Below, in pieces: positions 19,504 to 29,608 of a DNA stretch of 64,000 nucleotides (position 1 is the stretch's first letter; each line of letters begins with the position of its first letter). The position numbers and the translations under genes were made by a program. The notes beneath the pieces were generated by a model, which saw nothing but the letters and a program-made list of their open reading frames with translations, was not told the DNA's origin and searched no databases. This DNA is from a virus: IMG/VR virus record IMGVR_UViG_3300013794_000014, positions 32,001 through 96,000 of that record. One strand, written 5' to 3'.

Positions 19504-20094
19504 ATGTTATTACGCCTCTTACCTAACGAATATTTTAGTTTAGTGTTTCCAAAAGAACTTGATGAAAATACTAGTCAGTTGGGAAAGTTACAGTTAATAC
19601 GTTATAATAGACAACAAGAACAAGGACAAGAACATGAACAAAAACAAAATCAAGAACAGTATAAATATTATTTCATTAATGAAAGTTATGATAATTTCAC
19701 TGTTAAATTTGTGTTCAATGATGATTCAGTTCTGTATGTACCTGTAGAAGTCTTTTCAAACAGGCATTGGGTAGTTTGTTCACCTTTTGAAGTCCATGTA
19801 CACTCTTTACATGAAAATCCTTCTTTTGGTTTTACACATCATTTAGATGGTCTTTATTGTCATTATAGTACACGTGATTATTTGGTTTTTGAGAACTTAA
19901 ACGTTTATACATATAGATATACGTTTTATGGTGAAGATTGTGTTATAGAACATGTAGACCTGTACAATAACAGTATGTTTATCACAGATCTTACTGACCA
20001 AACTGAAAAGACTTCAATAATTATGAAACCCACTGAAAAGATCATTGTTGTTGTACAAGGAGACTTGTACTTTAAGTCAATGAAATGTTGGTGA
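19504..20094 (+). CDS. Hypothetical protein
   Basis: AGGTG SD; QE-rich repeat insert. Confidence 0.6.
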   Translation: MLLRLLPNEYFSLVFPKELDENTSQLGKLQLIRYNRQQEQGQEHEQKQNQEQYKYYFINESYDNFTVKFVFNDDSVLYVPVEVFSNRHWVVCSPFEVHVHSLHENPSFGFTHHLDGLYCHYSTRDYLVFENLNVYTYRYTFYGEDCVIEHVDLYNNSMFITDLTDQTEKTSIIMKPTEKIIVVVQGDLYFKSMKCW

Positions 20095-20099
20095 CATAA

Positions 20100-21536
20100 A
20101 TGACATTAGACGAGTATGTATATACAGTTTACATTGATAACAAGAAGTTTACTGGATATTTAAGGATACCTGAAACAATACTTACTAAATTTGGAAGGCA
20201 AATAATAGCCTACTTAGAACTCGAAAACGTTTCAGGAATAGAACCTGGAACGAAAAAAGTTGTTATACGTTGGCCTAAAAGTGTATTCCCATACGTCTTA
20301 AATGCTTCAAATGTCATTTTCGAAATAGATGGCCGTTTAGTATTCCAACATAATGTATCTACAAATTCTGAAACGTATACAACAGAACATGCGGTATCAA
20401 TAGACAGTGAGTTTAAGTGTTTGAGAGTATATATCGGATCAGAAGAACAAGATACTACAAAAACTGTTATTGGGTACTTAAATGGAATTCGTGAATTCTT
20501 TACGTACTTATTCCAATTCCCTAAATCTATACGTAATAACGTTGGCGTTTTTGATACAACTACTTTTGATTTCGAATTCTCTAAACCAATGAAAGCCGAC
20601 ACAAGACATTATTTCGATTTATACATTCCCACTACTATATTGTTTGCTAAGCCTTCGCGTGCTGATTTACTGTTACAATCAATTGACATACTGACTATAC
20701 CTTTTGCTTTCTTAAAATGTTACTACGAAAATGAACTGTTGACTGATATGTCTACTAAAGGATCTGTATTTGTTTTTTCATATCCACGTGATTACCGCAT
20801 CATACCATTAGGATCAGTATGTTCTTTTAGTTTCCCAAAATCTTTTTCCGATCTTACAGACTTACTGTATATTTGGATAGTCGTTTCATCACCATCATCG
20901 TCATTATCACCATCAACAGTTACACCATTTCATGTATTGAAATCATTGTATTTAATTCCTGAGTTCATATGGTGTACTGCTCCTATATACGTTTTATCAT
21001 CAATTCATTCTATGGGGTTTTTCGACTTAGACAGTTTTTCGCTTACAATACCGAAAATATATAAAGAAAACCTTAGGTATGCTTCTGAGGTACATACAAT
21101 TGTCAATTTGTTTACAAAATCATTTTATGAAGGTACTAAAGCATCAGAAACTAACACCTTTACATTTACTGTACCGGGATCGCGTGAACATATGATGATT
21201 TTCATGTTTTTCCATACTGTTTTGTTGGACAAGTACTTGTATATCGCTATACCATTAGAAACAAACCTTATATCTACATTATTTTTTAAGGCGTTTAAAA
21301 ATGTAATACCATGTGAGTCAACTACTATTTCCACATATACATATGTAAGATATCATGAGAAGGCAAATGTTGCAAGACCATATTGGTTAAACTTCACGAG
21401 ATGTTATGAACCGAAATTTGAATGGGTTGTTGATTTTGATGTACCACCAGATCTCTTGTTCTTCAACTATGTATCACTTAACGAAGAATTTAACTTAGAT
21501 CTCCTGTTACTTGATCCTGATGCCAAAATCTTCTAA
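20100..21536 (+). CDS. Hypothetical protein
   Basis: 478-aa ORF with GGTGA SD. Confidence 0.65.
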   Translation: MTLDEYVYTVYIDNKKFTGYLRIPETILTKFGRQIIAYLELENVSGIEPGTKKVVIRWPKSVFPYVLNASNVIFEIDGRLVFQHNVSTNSETYTTEHAVSIDSEFKCLRVYIGSEEQDTTKTVIGYLNGIREFFTYLFQFPKSIRNNVGVFDTTTFDFEFSKPMKADTRHYFDLYIPTTILFAKPSRADLLLQSIDILTIPFAFLKCYYENELLTDMSTKGSVFVFSYPRDYRIIPLGSVCSFSFPKSFSDLTDLLYIWIVVSSPSSSLSPSTVTPFHVLKSLYLIPEFIWCTAPIYVLSSIHSMGFFDLDSFSLTIPKIYKENLRYASEVHTIVNLFTKSFYEGTKASETNTFTFTVPGSREHMMIFMFFHTVLLDKYLYIAIPLETNLISTLFFKAFKNVIPCESTTISTYTYVRYHEKANVARPYWLNFTRCYEPKFEWVVDFDVPPDLLFFNYVSLNEEFNLDLLLLDPDAKIF

Positions 21537-21545
21537 GGTGTCTTT

Positions 21546-22100
21546 ATGCTATTAATGTCTATTCATGTTGCTGGTGATGCTCAAACATTGAAACTAGCGG
21601 CCGGGGCAAAAGTAAACGAATATTTAGTTCCATACAAATATAAGGACATACCTATGGTAACACCAGGACATATGTTTAAACTAGAAGGCTATGCTTTATG
21701 TTATGATAACTTAGAAATAACAATAAAGACGAAAGGCCAAGTTGAGTTCTATGTAGATGATGACACATGTCTCATCCAAGATGAATTTGACGATTGTACT
21801 GTACAATTGTCAACTGGTATACACCCAATTACATGTTATATTAAACCTACAGAATATCCTGTCTCATATGAGTTATCACCAAATATATTTGTACTTAACA
21901 ACGGATATATTGAGTTCACAGATCCGAAACCACTAACTACAAAACTTTTAAACTTTAGATTTGTAAATCCAGAAAAACATGTAAGACAAAAATACTATAT
22001 TGGAACAAGAAAATTGAAAACGTATTATTACGATTATAAACATTTAGATGACAAGTATACAGATACAACTGTAGTTATACCTCCAGAAGATGAAAGTTAA
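21546..22100 (+). CDS. Hypothetical protein (possible PA14-like beta-sandwich)
   Basis: FKLEGY...VEFYVDD...VQLSTGIHPI pattern. Confidence 0.5.
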   Translation: MLLMSIHVAGDAQTLKLAAGAKVNEYLVPYKYKDIPMVTPGHMFKLEGYALCYDNLEITIKTKGQVEFYVDDDTCLIQDEFDDCTVQLSTGIHPITCYIKPTEYPVSYELSPNIFVLNNGYIEFTDPKPLTTKLLNFRFVNPEKHVRQKYYIGTRKLKTYYYDYKHLDDKYTDTTVVIPPEDES

Positions 22101-22162
22101 GTAGATGAAAATTAAATAAATGAAAGTTAGGTAATTGTCTAAGTAATAATTAGGTGATCACT

Positions 22163-22612
22163 ATGTACCAGTACCAGTTAAAAGTAAAAGTAAAACGGTT
22201 AACAGAAAACGCAAAATTACCAACTAAAGCATATGAGGGCGATTTAGGCTATGACTTATATTCTATTGAGTCTGTAACTGTTAAACCGAATGAAAAGCCC
22301 ACTTCAATTAGAACTGGTATAGCTATTGAGTTACCTAACAATTATGGGTGTATCATCAAAGACAGATCTAGTTTGGCGTCAGAAGGCTTACATGTCGTTG
22401 CTGGAGTCATTGATAACGGTTATAGAGGAGAAATAATCGTAAAAATGGTTAATTTATCTAATAAACCTATTACGTTAGTAGAGGGCACGAAAATAGCTCA
22501 AATGATCTTGATTCCAGTTGTAAACTGTGATATCATTGAAGTAGAACAGTTGTCTAAGACTGATAGAAACGATAAAGGATTCGGATCTTCAGGACTCTAT
22601 TCCACTAAATAA
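22163..22612 (+). CDS. dut: Trimeric dUTPase
   Basis: GYDLYS, RTGIAI, DRSSL, AGVIDNGYRGEI, KIAQM, RNDKGFGSSG. Confidence 0.95.
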   Translation: MYQYQLKVKVKRLTENAKLPTKAYEGDLGYDLYSIESVTVKPNEKPTSIRTGIAIELPNNYGCIIKDRSSLASEGLHVVAGVIDNGYRGEIIVKMVNLSNKPITLVEGTKIAQMILIPVVNCDIIEVEQLSKTDRNDKGFGSSGLYSTK

Positions 22613-22926
22613 ACTTTACTTGCATTAAGAAAAACAAAATCTTCGATCTTGAAAAGAGTTCCTCTTACATAAAGGATTTTATCTTGTGAAAGCGATTTAT
22701 TAAGTAAGTTTTTGTCAATATGAACGATAAAGTAGTCAGATTCATCTTGTAACGATCTTATTGTCACAGAATAATACTCTTTAACTTTCGATTTAAGTTC
22801 TTTGCGTTTCAACTGTACCCTAGAAACTTTACCTATTACTTCTAGATCAAAAATACATGGCTGACCATTTTCACATGTTCTTGCTATTTCTCTAATTTCC
22901 TTAAAGGTTAATGGTTCAATCTCCAC
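22597..22926 (-). CDS. Single OB-fold protein (SSB/RPA-like)
   Basis: VIGKV...LQDESDYFIV...ILYVRGTL...LNASKV OB-fold pattern; GGAGGTG SD. Confidence 0.6.
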   Translation of the reverse strand: MEIEPLTFKEIREIARTCENGQPCIFDLEVIGKVSRVQLKRKELKSKVKEYYSVTIRSLQDESDYFIVHIDKNLLNKSLSQDKILYVRGTLFKIEDFVFLNASKVYLVE

Positions 22927-22954
22927 GATAACACCTCCTTTAAAGTTCTAATAT

Positions 22955-22995
22955 AACATTAAAAAAGCTAGTACTATATATAGTTTATGATGGGT
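22955..22995. promoter_or_regulatory. Putative bidirectional archaeal promoter (TATA/BRE)
   Basis: Palindromic ACTATATATAGT preceded by an A-rich tract, between divergent genes. Confidence 0.45.
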
Positions 22996-23003
22996 GATTT
23001 CTA

Positions 23004-23585
23004 ATGAAAAAACCGTTATTTATAGCGTTTACGGGGCCTGCATCATCTGGTAAATCAACACTTGTAAAGCATTTAGCAGAAATCTTAAAAGTCAATTATA
23101 ACGTATATGTGGTTAGTGAGGTTGTACGTAGTATCCTGAAACACTGGAACATATCGTTAGATGCGTTACTTGAAAACCCTGATTTATTTTTTGATTTCCA
23201 AGTTAAAAGTTTAACAAAACAGATTTTGCTTGAAGAACGCCTACTGAAAAGTGACTACGACATTGTACTATTCGATAGATCAGTACATGATTACTTTATA
23301 TATGCCGCCCTTGGTTTACCACCCCATAAATTCAATGAATACAAAGATCATTTCAAGGATGTAACAAACAATTACGATCTACTTATTTACTGTGAACATT
23401 TAGGATTTGTCAACGATGGCGTTAGATCCAAAAAATACATTGAACTCGGTGAAATTGGGTTATTCCAAACGCTAGTGAAACCTTACGCAAATTACGTTTT
23501 AAGCGTTGAGCCACATTGGAAGCGTATACATAAAGTATTAGGGTGTATTGCGGGGTGTCTATCCAATGATTCAGAACATAGATAG
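23004..23585 (+). CDS. P-loop nucleoside/nucleotide kinase-like (AAA_28/NadR-type) protein
   Basis: GPASSGKST, LFDRSVHD, DGVR motifs. Confidence 0.75.
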   Translation: MKKPLFIAFTGPASSGKSTLVKHLAEILKVNYNVYVVSEVVRSILKHWNISLDALLENPDLFFDFQVKSLTKQILLEERLLKSDYDIVLFDRSVHDYFIYAALGLPPHKFNEYKDHFKDVTNNYDLLIYCEHLGFVNDGVRSKKYIELGEIGLFQTLVKPYANYVLSVEPHWKRIHKVLGCIAGCLSNDSEHR

Positions 23586-24984
23586 AGCAAAAGAACATAT
23601 TGAAAAAGTGATAAAAAGTAAAGGAAATATAAAGGTTGTAACGCATTGGGATGTAGATGGACTTACGTCATTTACCATACTGAAACGCCTATTTGATCAT
23701 TTAGAGGCCGACTACCATATCGAATATGTACCGGTACTTAATGATGAAACAATAATAGATTTAGAACTAAACGACTATGATACTGTTTTGTTTGCTGATC
23801 TAGGTAGTTCATCATTACACTTTATCAATGAAGAAGTAAAAGACAAGACTGTTATTGTACTTGATCACCACTATCCAGAAAACGTCAATAGTCTGAATTT
23901 CAAATTGATTCATGTAAACCCGAATTTATGTGGCTATACTGGTGATTCATCTGCTTGTGGAGCAACCCTTAGTTACCTATTAGCAAGAGAATTTGGACTT
24001 ACTGAATTAGCCAAATATGCTCTAATTGGTGCTATAGGTGATGCTCAATCTTCAAATAGTGGCTACTTAGAAGACTTCAATACAGTACCCATAACTGATA
24101 TGGCCAATGAAGTCGTTGTTAAATCAGCTTTACAAGTTTACGGTAAGTTTTCAAGACCATTGATATTGTCACTAAAGTACTCATCAAACATCTTTTCAAA
24201 CTTCAGTGAATCTGATAACAATATATTGGCGTTTTTCTACAAAATCAAAAATGATACTGGAATTGATTTGCCATATCATAAACCTTATTGTTACTTGACG
24301 TTAAAACAAGTACAAGTATTAGCTGACTATTTATTTCGTTACATGAAACGGTTTATACCAAAAGAATTCCATAAGTATATTCATTGGTGTTTGTTTGGTA
24401 AGTCGTATCACATTAACGTTGATACAGAACAAATAGTCAAAAGTCCTTGGACTTATGATTTTGAAGAAATCCCATCGTTTCTGAACGCTTCAATACGTGT
24501 AAAACAACATGACTTAGTTATCAAATATTTGTTAAATGGACAAAATGAAAAAACCCTATTAAGTAATTACCGCAAGTATAAACAAAAATTGTCAAAAGCA
24601 ATTAGAAACTTTGAAGATATTTGTACTTATGATCAATTGACAAATATCCAGTATTATATTGCTTACTATGATAACAGTGAAATTGAACCGACTATGTCTG
24701 GTGTATTGGCTGGAATGTTATATGCAAAACCTGAATTTGACTATACAAAACCAAATGTCGGTATCGTTGAATTTGAAGACGGATGGAAAGTTTCGATAAG
24801 GGGTTCAAAGTTATTGCAATTTACAGATTTCCATGCAGGACAAATACTTATGGAACTTTCAAAACGCTATGGTGGTTCTGCAGGTGGACATAAGTTGGCA
24901 GCAGGAGCAATGCTTCCTTATGATGTCGACCTAGACGCTTATTTACAAGATCTGAATAAGTTATGTACATATAATGTAAGGTGA
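23566..24984 (+). CDS. recJ: Archaeal RecJ-like DHH nuclease (GAN/Cdc45 family)
   Basis: HWDVDG, FADLGS, LDHH, AIGD, SIRG, AGGHKLAAGA (DHH + DHHA1). Confidence 0.85.
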   Translation: MIQNIDRAKEHIEKVIKSKGNIKVVTHWDVDGLTSFTILKRLFDHLEADYHIEYVPVLNDETIIDLELNDYDTVLFADLGSSSLHFINEEVKDKTVIVLDHHYPENVNSLNFKLIHVNPNLCGYTGDSSACGATLSYLLAREFGLTELAKYALIGAIGDAQSSNSGYLEDFNTVPITDMANEVVVKSALQVYGKFSRPLILSLKYSSNIFSNFSESDNNILAFFYKIKNDTGIDLPYHKPYCYLTLKQVQVLADYLFRYMKRFIPKEFHKYIHWCLFGKSYHINVDTEQIVKSPWTYDFEEIPSFLNASIRVKQHDLVIKYLLNGQNEKTLLSNYRKYKQKLSKAIRNFEDICTYDQLTNIQYYIAYYDNSEIEPTMSGVLAGMLYAKPEFDYTKPNVGIVEFEDGWKVSIRGSKLLQFTDFHAGQILMELSKRYGGSAGGHKLAAGAMLPYDVDLDAYLQDLNKLCTYNVR

Positions 24985-24989
24985 TGTTT

Positions 24990-25337
24990 ATGCCTACAGT
25001 TGTTATTGATAGAGTGCGATTACCAGTAATTGAAGGTACATCTGATTTAAAGGAACGAGAAATCGCCTATGATGAAAAGTCTAAAAAACTAGTATTCAAA
25101 ATAGGTAATGAAGTAAAATACATTCCATTTGAAGATACGATTGTAAAAGATTTATTTGAACAATTGAAAAAGTATATTCAGGAACATTCTTTACCAATTC
25201 CTGTTATTCAAAAGGTACAAGACTTAGAAAAACAAAAAAACCCAATTAATGGACAAATATGTTATTGTGAAAGAACAGGTACAGTGTATATTTACATTGA
25301 TGATACATGGTGGCAACTAATACAAGCCAAAAAGTGA
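24990..25337 (+). CDS. Small tail-fibre-associated protein
   Basis: NPINGQICY...VYIYIDDTW fibre-type motif. Confidence 0.55.
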   Translation: MPTVVIDRVRLPVIEGTSDLKEREIAYDEKSKKLVFKIGNEVKYIPFEDTIVKDLFEQLKKYIQEHSLPIPVIQKVQDLEKQKNPINGQICYCERTGTVYIYIDDTWWQLIQAKK

Positions 25338-25341
25338 TAGT

Positions 25342-26874
25342 ATGTCAAATAACAATGACAAAGACAATGATAAGGTTATTGTAAGATACACGTTATTTTC
25401 AGTACTTGGTGATTACTTAAGAAATGTAACTTCAGAATCTTCGTTAGTCAATGAACGTGAACTAGTAATCGTTGATAAAACTGGACTGGGTATAATAGTT
25501 GGAAACAAACGCCACGAAATACACGATCCTGAGAAAATGGATATAAGTAGACTGTTACAACGTATTATACAAGAATACCAGTTATATCCAGTGTTATCTA
25601 TTGGTAAACCAAATAATGGTAACAAACAAGGCTATGGACATATGTACATAAGTGAAAACAAAAGACGTGTTATGTTAACGTATAACAATCAGAATATTGT
25701 CATAGGTGAATTGGCGTTACCAATACTAAAGGCTGATGGTAACTATTTATCCAAATCTAGATGGGAAATACAAGGTACGTATAAAGTTGAAAAGGATGGA
25801 GTAATCTTACAATCGGGTTATGCCAAATTCAACGACGATAAGCTTGATATCGATGACAAAACCCTAGAAATTAAGTTTCAAAACGTTGATGCTAAAACTA
25901 CTAGAAACATTACGATACTGAAAATCGGGTCAATTGAATTGAAGTACAGAACTGGTTACATTGACTTATATGTGGATGGAACTTACAAACGTACACTTAT
26001 AGGACTAGACACAAAAAAACGTTTTTTGAAAAAGAACAGAAACAAAAAACGTGATAATGATTATATTTCAAGTACAACACTAACTAAAGGACAGATATTG
26101 AAGGTTGTATACAAGGGAAAAAGTCAATCTGATCATCCTGTCAATTTAGAGGATCTTATTAACGATTTCGATTATAACCAATTTGAACGTGCTGCTAACG
26201 TAACTGAGATACATCTTTATGAAAATGATGATAGTGATAATTACACAAACACGCTATTTACATGTATCATGAAAGTTGACAGAATGCAACGAGTAAAATT
26301 CGGTATTAGTGGTGATGATGACTTTGGGTATGCTATCTACAGTCTTGAAGATCCAGAAACGTATATTAAGGCTTATCGTAAAAAACCAAATAATCAAATA
26401 ACATGTATTAAACAAATGTTTTTAAAGCCTGGATACTATTTAGTATGTGCATGGGTCAAGGAATTCAAGGGTACTTGTAGACTAACCTTATTTTGGAAAG
26501 GTGAAAATGACAGTAAATGGAAAGTATTTGGATGTAGTTCTGAACAAACTACAATTACAATTGGTGATAAACAGTATGAGGTTGGAAGTCCAGGTACACT
26601 CTATGCTTGGAATGTACAACAAACAGAATGTATGTGTAAAGAGTTCATAGAAAGTGCCAACATAGATCTCAGTAATCCTATCCAACTAGAAGAAACTAAA
26701 CCTGTTATCTTGTCTTTATGTTTTGATGATGGATATTTGACTACCATTAAATCCGATTCATATACAATATCTATCAACGACAATATAACAATAGATTCAA
26801 ACATAACCTTACAAATAGGTGAATCAAATAAGTCTATTAACTTAAAATACTACGATATTGTACTAAGACCATAG
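25342..26874 (+). CDS. Tail adhesin with PA14-like domain
   Basis: FGISGDDD...LKPGYY...LFWK PA14-like core; module shared with 32203..34440. Confidence 0.6.
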   Translation: MSNNNDKDNDKVIVRYTLFSVLGDYLRNVTSESSLVNERELVIVDKTGLGIIVGNKRHEIHDPEKMDISRLLQRIIQEYQLYPVLSIGKPNNGNKQGYGHMYISENKRRVMLTYNNQNIVIGELALPILKADGNYLSKSRWEIQGTYKVEKDGVILQSGYAKFNDDKLDIDDKTLEIKFQNVDAKTTRNITILKIGSIELKYRTGYIDLYVDGTYKRTLIGLDTKKRFLKKNRNKKRDNDYISSTTLTKGQILKVVYKGKSQSDHPVNLEDLINDFDYNQFERAANVTEIHLYENDDSDNYTNTLFTCIMKVDRMQRVKFGISGDDDFGYAIYSLEDPETYIKAYRKKPNNQITCIKQMFLKPGYYLVCAWVKEFKGTCRLTLFWKGENDSKWKVFGCSSEQTTITIGDKQYEVGSPGTLYAWNVQQTECMCKEFIESANIDLSNPIQLEETKPVILSLCFDDGYLTTIKSDSYTISINDNITIDSNITLQIGESNKSINLKYYDIVLRP

Positions 26875-26886
26875 AGGTGAACTTTC

Positions 26887-27267
26887 ATGACATATAAGAA
26901 ATTGGCTTCAGTAAAGGTGACGTCTACAACTCAATCAGGTATTCCAGCTCTAGTATATCAAGTTCCTGAAAACAAAGAAGTAATCATAAGTAAGGTGTAC
27001 ATACATAATTTGCAAGGTAATACAGATATACGCGCACATGTATTTTTCGTTGATCCAAGTAATTCTAACGAATATGACGCCAATAACAATACAATCAATG
27101 AAGAATCAACAAGAGCATTTGACATTTTGATTCCAAGTCTTGATACAGCAATATTCGGTAGTGGTGTTACGTTGGCAAATAAACAAAGTATTTACGTCAG
27201 ATCAATTGGAGGTGATGCTGTAGTCCACGTCTTTGGGAAGATTGTTGATAAACAACCACCGATTTAA
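26887..27267 (+). CDS. Small virion structural protein
   Basis: VYQVP...IISKVYIHN...IYVRS...VHVFG jelly-roll pattern common next to fibre genes. Confidence 0.55.
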   Translation: MTYKKLASVKVTSTTQSGIPALVYQVPENKEVIISKVYIHNLQGNTDIRAHVFFVDPSNSNEYDANNNTINEESTRAFDILIPSLDTAIFGSGVTLANKQSIYVRSIGGDAVVHVFGKIVDKQPPI

Positions 27268-27279
27268 AGGTGTCTTTTT

Positions 27280-28149
27280 ATGAGTGTACTATCACTGCTT
27301 AGTTATCTGAAGATAAAAAATGCATATCCTGTACATGTTGGTGTTGATCCACCCGATAGCACAAGTTACATTTGGTTAGATGTTAAAGACGGTACTTTCA
27401 AGCACTACATCGACGGTAAATGGGTATCAATTGACGTTGGATCAGATGTTGTAATTTCAAAAGATCCACCAGTAGATACACAAAAACTTTGGTTAGATTT
27501 GAATACGAGACAACTAAAGTATTTTAACGGTAGTACTTGGACTGCAATCGAAGACAAATTCGGTTTAGTTGTCAGTAAAACCGTACCTAGTGATTTAACA
27601 AAATTATGGTTTAATCCGGATACAGGTAAACTGAAATACTATAATGGACAAGAATGGGTATCAGTAGACGTTGATACTATCAAAGGTGTAACAATTGACA
27701 ATAGTTTGAACTCAAACAGTCTATGGACATCTGACAAAATTGTAGATCAGTTGAGTAAAAAGGCTGATATACAACATATACATAGTATTTCTGACATAAT
27801 AGATTATGTACCTATTGTCCATATTAGTAATACTGAACCTACTAATACAAATGTATTATGGTTTGATACAACATCCAATCTATTGAAATATTTTGATTCA
27901 GATACAAATTCATGGGAACCTATATCAGGTGATACGAATGTCATTATTTCTGAAATGCCACCTAATGATACTTCAAGACTTTGGTTTGATACGGTAAATA
28001 AAACGTTAAACTACTATAACGGAAAAGATTGGGTTCCTATCGCTGGATCTAATACGAGCACTGATACTAATACTGGCACTGATATTGAATCAAACACAAT
28101 TGATACAGAACCACTAGAAACTTTCGCTTTCTTTACAGGACTATTGTAA
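27280..28149 (+). CDS. Tail fibre protein with five P-x-D-xxx-LWF/LD repeats
   Basis: PPDSTSYIWLD, PPVDTQKLWLD, VPSDLTKLWFN, EPTNTNVLWFD, PPNDTSRLWFD; KADIQHIHSISDI (HxH) fibre motif. Confidence 0.7.
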   Translation: MSVLSLLSYLKIKNAYPVHVGVDPPDSTSYIWLDVKDGTFKHYIDGKWVSIDVGSDVVISKDPPVDTQKLWLDLNTRQLKYFNGSTWTAIEDKFGLVVSKTVPSDLTKLWFNPDTGKLKYYNGQEWVSVDVDTIKGVTIDNSLNSNSLWTSDKIVDQLSKKADIQHIHSISDIIDYVPIVHISNTEPTNTNVLWFDTTSNLLKYFDSDTNSWEPISGDTNVIISEMPPNDTSRLWFDTVNKTLNYYNGKDWVPIAGSNTSTDTNTGTDIESNTIDTEPLETFAFFTGLL

Positions 28150-28170
28150 AACTAAATTGAGGTGTTCTAA

Positions 28171-28536
28171 ATGAAAATTGTAACTAAAAACCTTATTGAT
28201 GTAAATGGTTCTATTGCTACAGATGAAAACGGAAATGTTGTTATTGTAGTACCCCCAATGGATGAAAACGGCTTTCATATTGTAAGGGTTGATGTATCTG
28301 GACTTAAAGACGTTACTACTGCTTCTGCAATCGTTTACATCGAAGATAGAAGTGATGATATAGCAAGGATACAAGAAATTACAAGTCGTGCTCTAGAAAT
28401 CAAAGCTAGACTGACTGATACTGAAAATCCACCTTCAGAAACAGAAAAAGGTATACTTTATGCTGAATTAGCTGAATTGAATAAGCAACTCAAAATGATT
28501 GACTCGAATATGAACATATATGAACTAATTGGATAA
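28171..28536 (+). CDS. Putative fibre chaperone/assembly protein
   Basis: Follows a fibre gene; C-terminal coiled coil paralogous to 35864..36211. Confidence 0.5.
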   Translation: MKIVTKNLIDVNGSIATDENGNVVIVVPPMDENGFHIVRVDVSGLKDVTTASAIVYIEDRSDDIARIQEITSRALEIKARLTDTENPPSETEKGILYAELAELNKQLKMIDSNMNIYELIG

Positions 28537-28547
28537 AGGTGATCTAA

Positions 28548-28667
28548 ATGAGTCTATATGAACAGGTTAAAGAACTTAAAAAACAAGGTTTAACACCAAA
28601 AGAGATTGCTAAACAATTAGGTTATCCATTATGGTTGATTAAAGCCTTATACGACTTAATACCTTAA
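28548..28667 (+). CDS. 39-aa helix-turn-helix protein (MSLYEQVKELKKQGLTPKEIAKQLGYP...)
   Basis: Not in the ORF track; AGGTGA SD; GLTPKEIAKQLG HTH signature. Confidence 0.7.
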   Translation: MSLYEQVKELKKQGLTPKEIAKQLGYPLWLIKALYDLIP

Positions 28668-28689
28668 CCAAGTTAAACTTTAGAACTTA

Positions 28690-28731
28690 ATCTTTGCCTT
28701 TACCTTTAACTTTTACTTTTACCTCTTTTTA
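28690..28731 (+). terminator. Putative T-rich terminator
   Basis: ctttgcctttacctttaacttttacttttacctctttttt-like tract after the HTH gene. Confidence 0.35.
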
Positions 28732-28743
28732 TGGTGATCTGTT

Positions 28744-29595
28744 ATGAAGTTCTATCATAGTAGACGTTTTCCAAAAATTGTCATAGATGGACATTTGACT
28801 GATACATTGAAAATATCAGAAGACTTCAAATACACGATTCATGGTGATACTTTACGACTTTATAGCGTTAGGGTAAAATGGCATCATGATCCCAGTCCAT
28901 ATCGACACGTCTTAACCATCTACTCTGAATTTGATGATGTAAATGGTTATCAAGTTGACTTATGTGACTTTTACAGAAAAACTGACTTAAATACACGTAA
29001 TGATATTTACGTTTTTGATATCAAAGGAAATCAGTTAGAACATTACATTTACAATGGACTTTGGATTAAAACACCCTTACAGAAAGGAGAAAACCTAGTT
29101 TTCATCTACTATGGATCGGGAACTGAGAATACAGGTAACCCCAATAACGTTTTTGAATTATACGAACATAATATTGGTACAAACTCATATGTAAGTCAAA
29201 AGACATTTAGATGTAACATACAGTTAACAGTGAAAGCAAATGTACAGCAAGACGAATCCATGTTCATTGGACTAACTGATAGTAACAATAGTACTTCTAT
29301 CGGTTATCAGTATGATACTTCAGTTGGTTTCGTTGCATTTGTCAAATACATGAACACATATGTTAGAAGTGAATCTTTATCCTTGAATACTGAACAACAA
29401 TATGAATTTACAATACAGTTAACAGAATCTCAAGCCAAGTTTTATGTCAATGGAAATCACGTCTTTACTCATTACGTAAATGTCGAATCTGATCTTTATG
29501 TCAAATGTAACGCTGTAAATGTAGACTATTTGTATGTCAGTAAGTATAGGGAACCAGAACCAACAGTTGTTAACGCCTTAAGACAAACAAAATAA
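28744..29595 (+). CDS. DUF2341-like/lectin-like tail protein
   Basis: GYQV...DIYVFD...LWIK...IYYG...VDYLYVSKY pattern. Confidence 0.6.
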   Translation: MKFYHSRRFPKIVIDGHLTDTLKISEDFKYTIHGDTLRLYSVRVKWHHDPSPYRHVLTIYSEFDDVNGYQVDLCDFYRKTDLNTRNDIYVFDIKGNQLEHYIYNGLWIKTPLQKGENLVFIYYGSGTENTGNPNNVFELYEHNIGTNSYVSQKTFRCNIQLTVKANVQQDESMFIGLTDSNNSTSIGYQYDTSVGFVAFVKYMNTYVRSESLSLNTEQQYEFTIQLTESQAKFYVNGNHVFTHYVNVESDLYVKCNAVNVDYLYVSKYREPEPTVVNALRQTK

Positions 29596-29608
29596 TGGTG
29601 ATCTTCAT

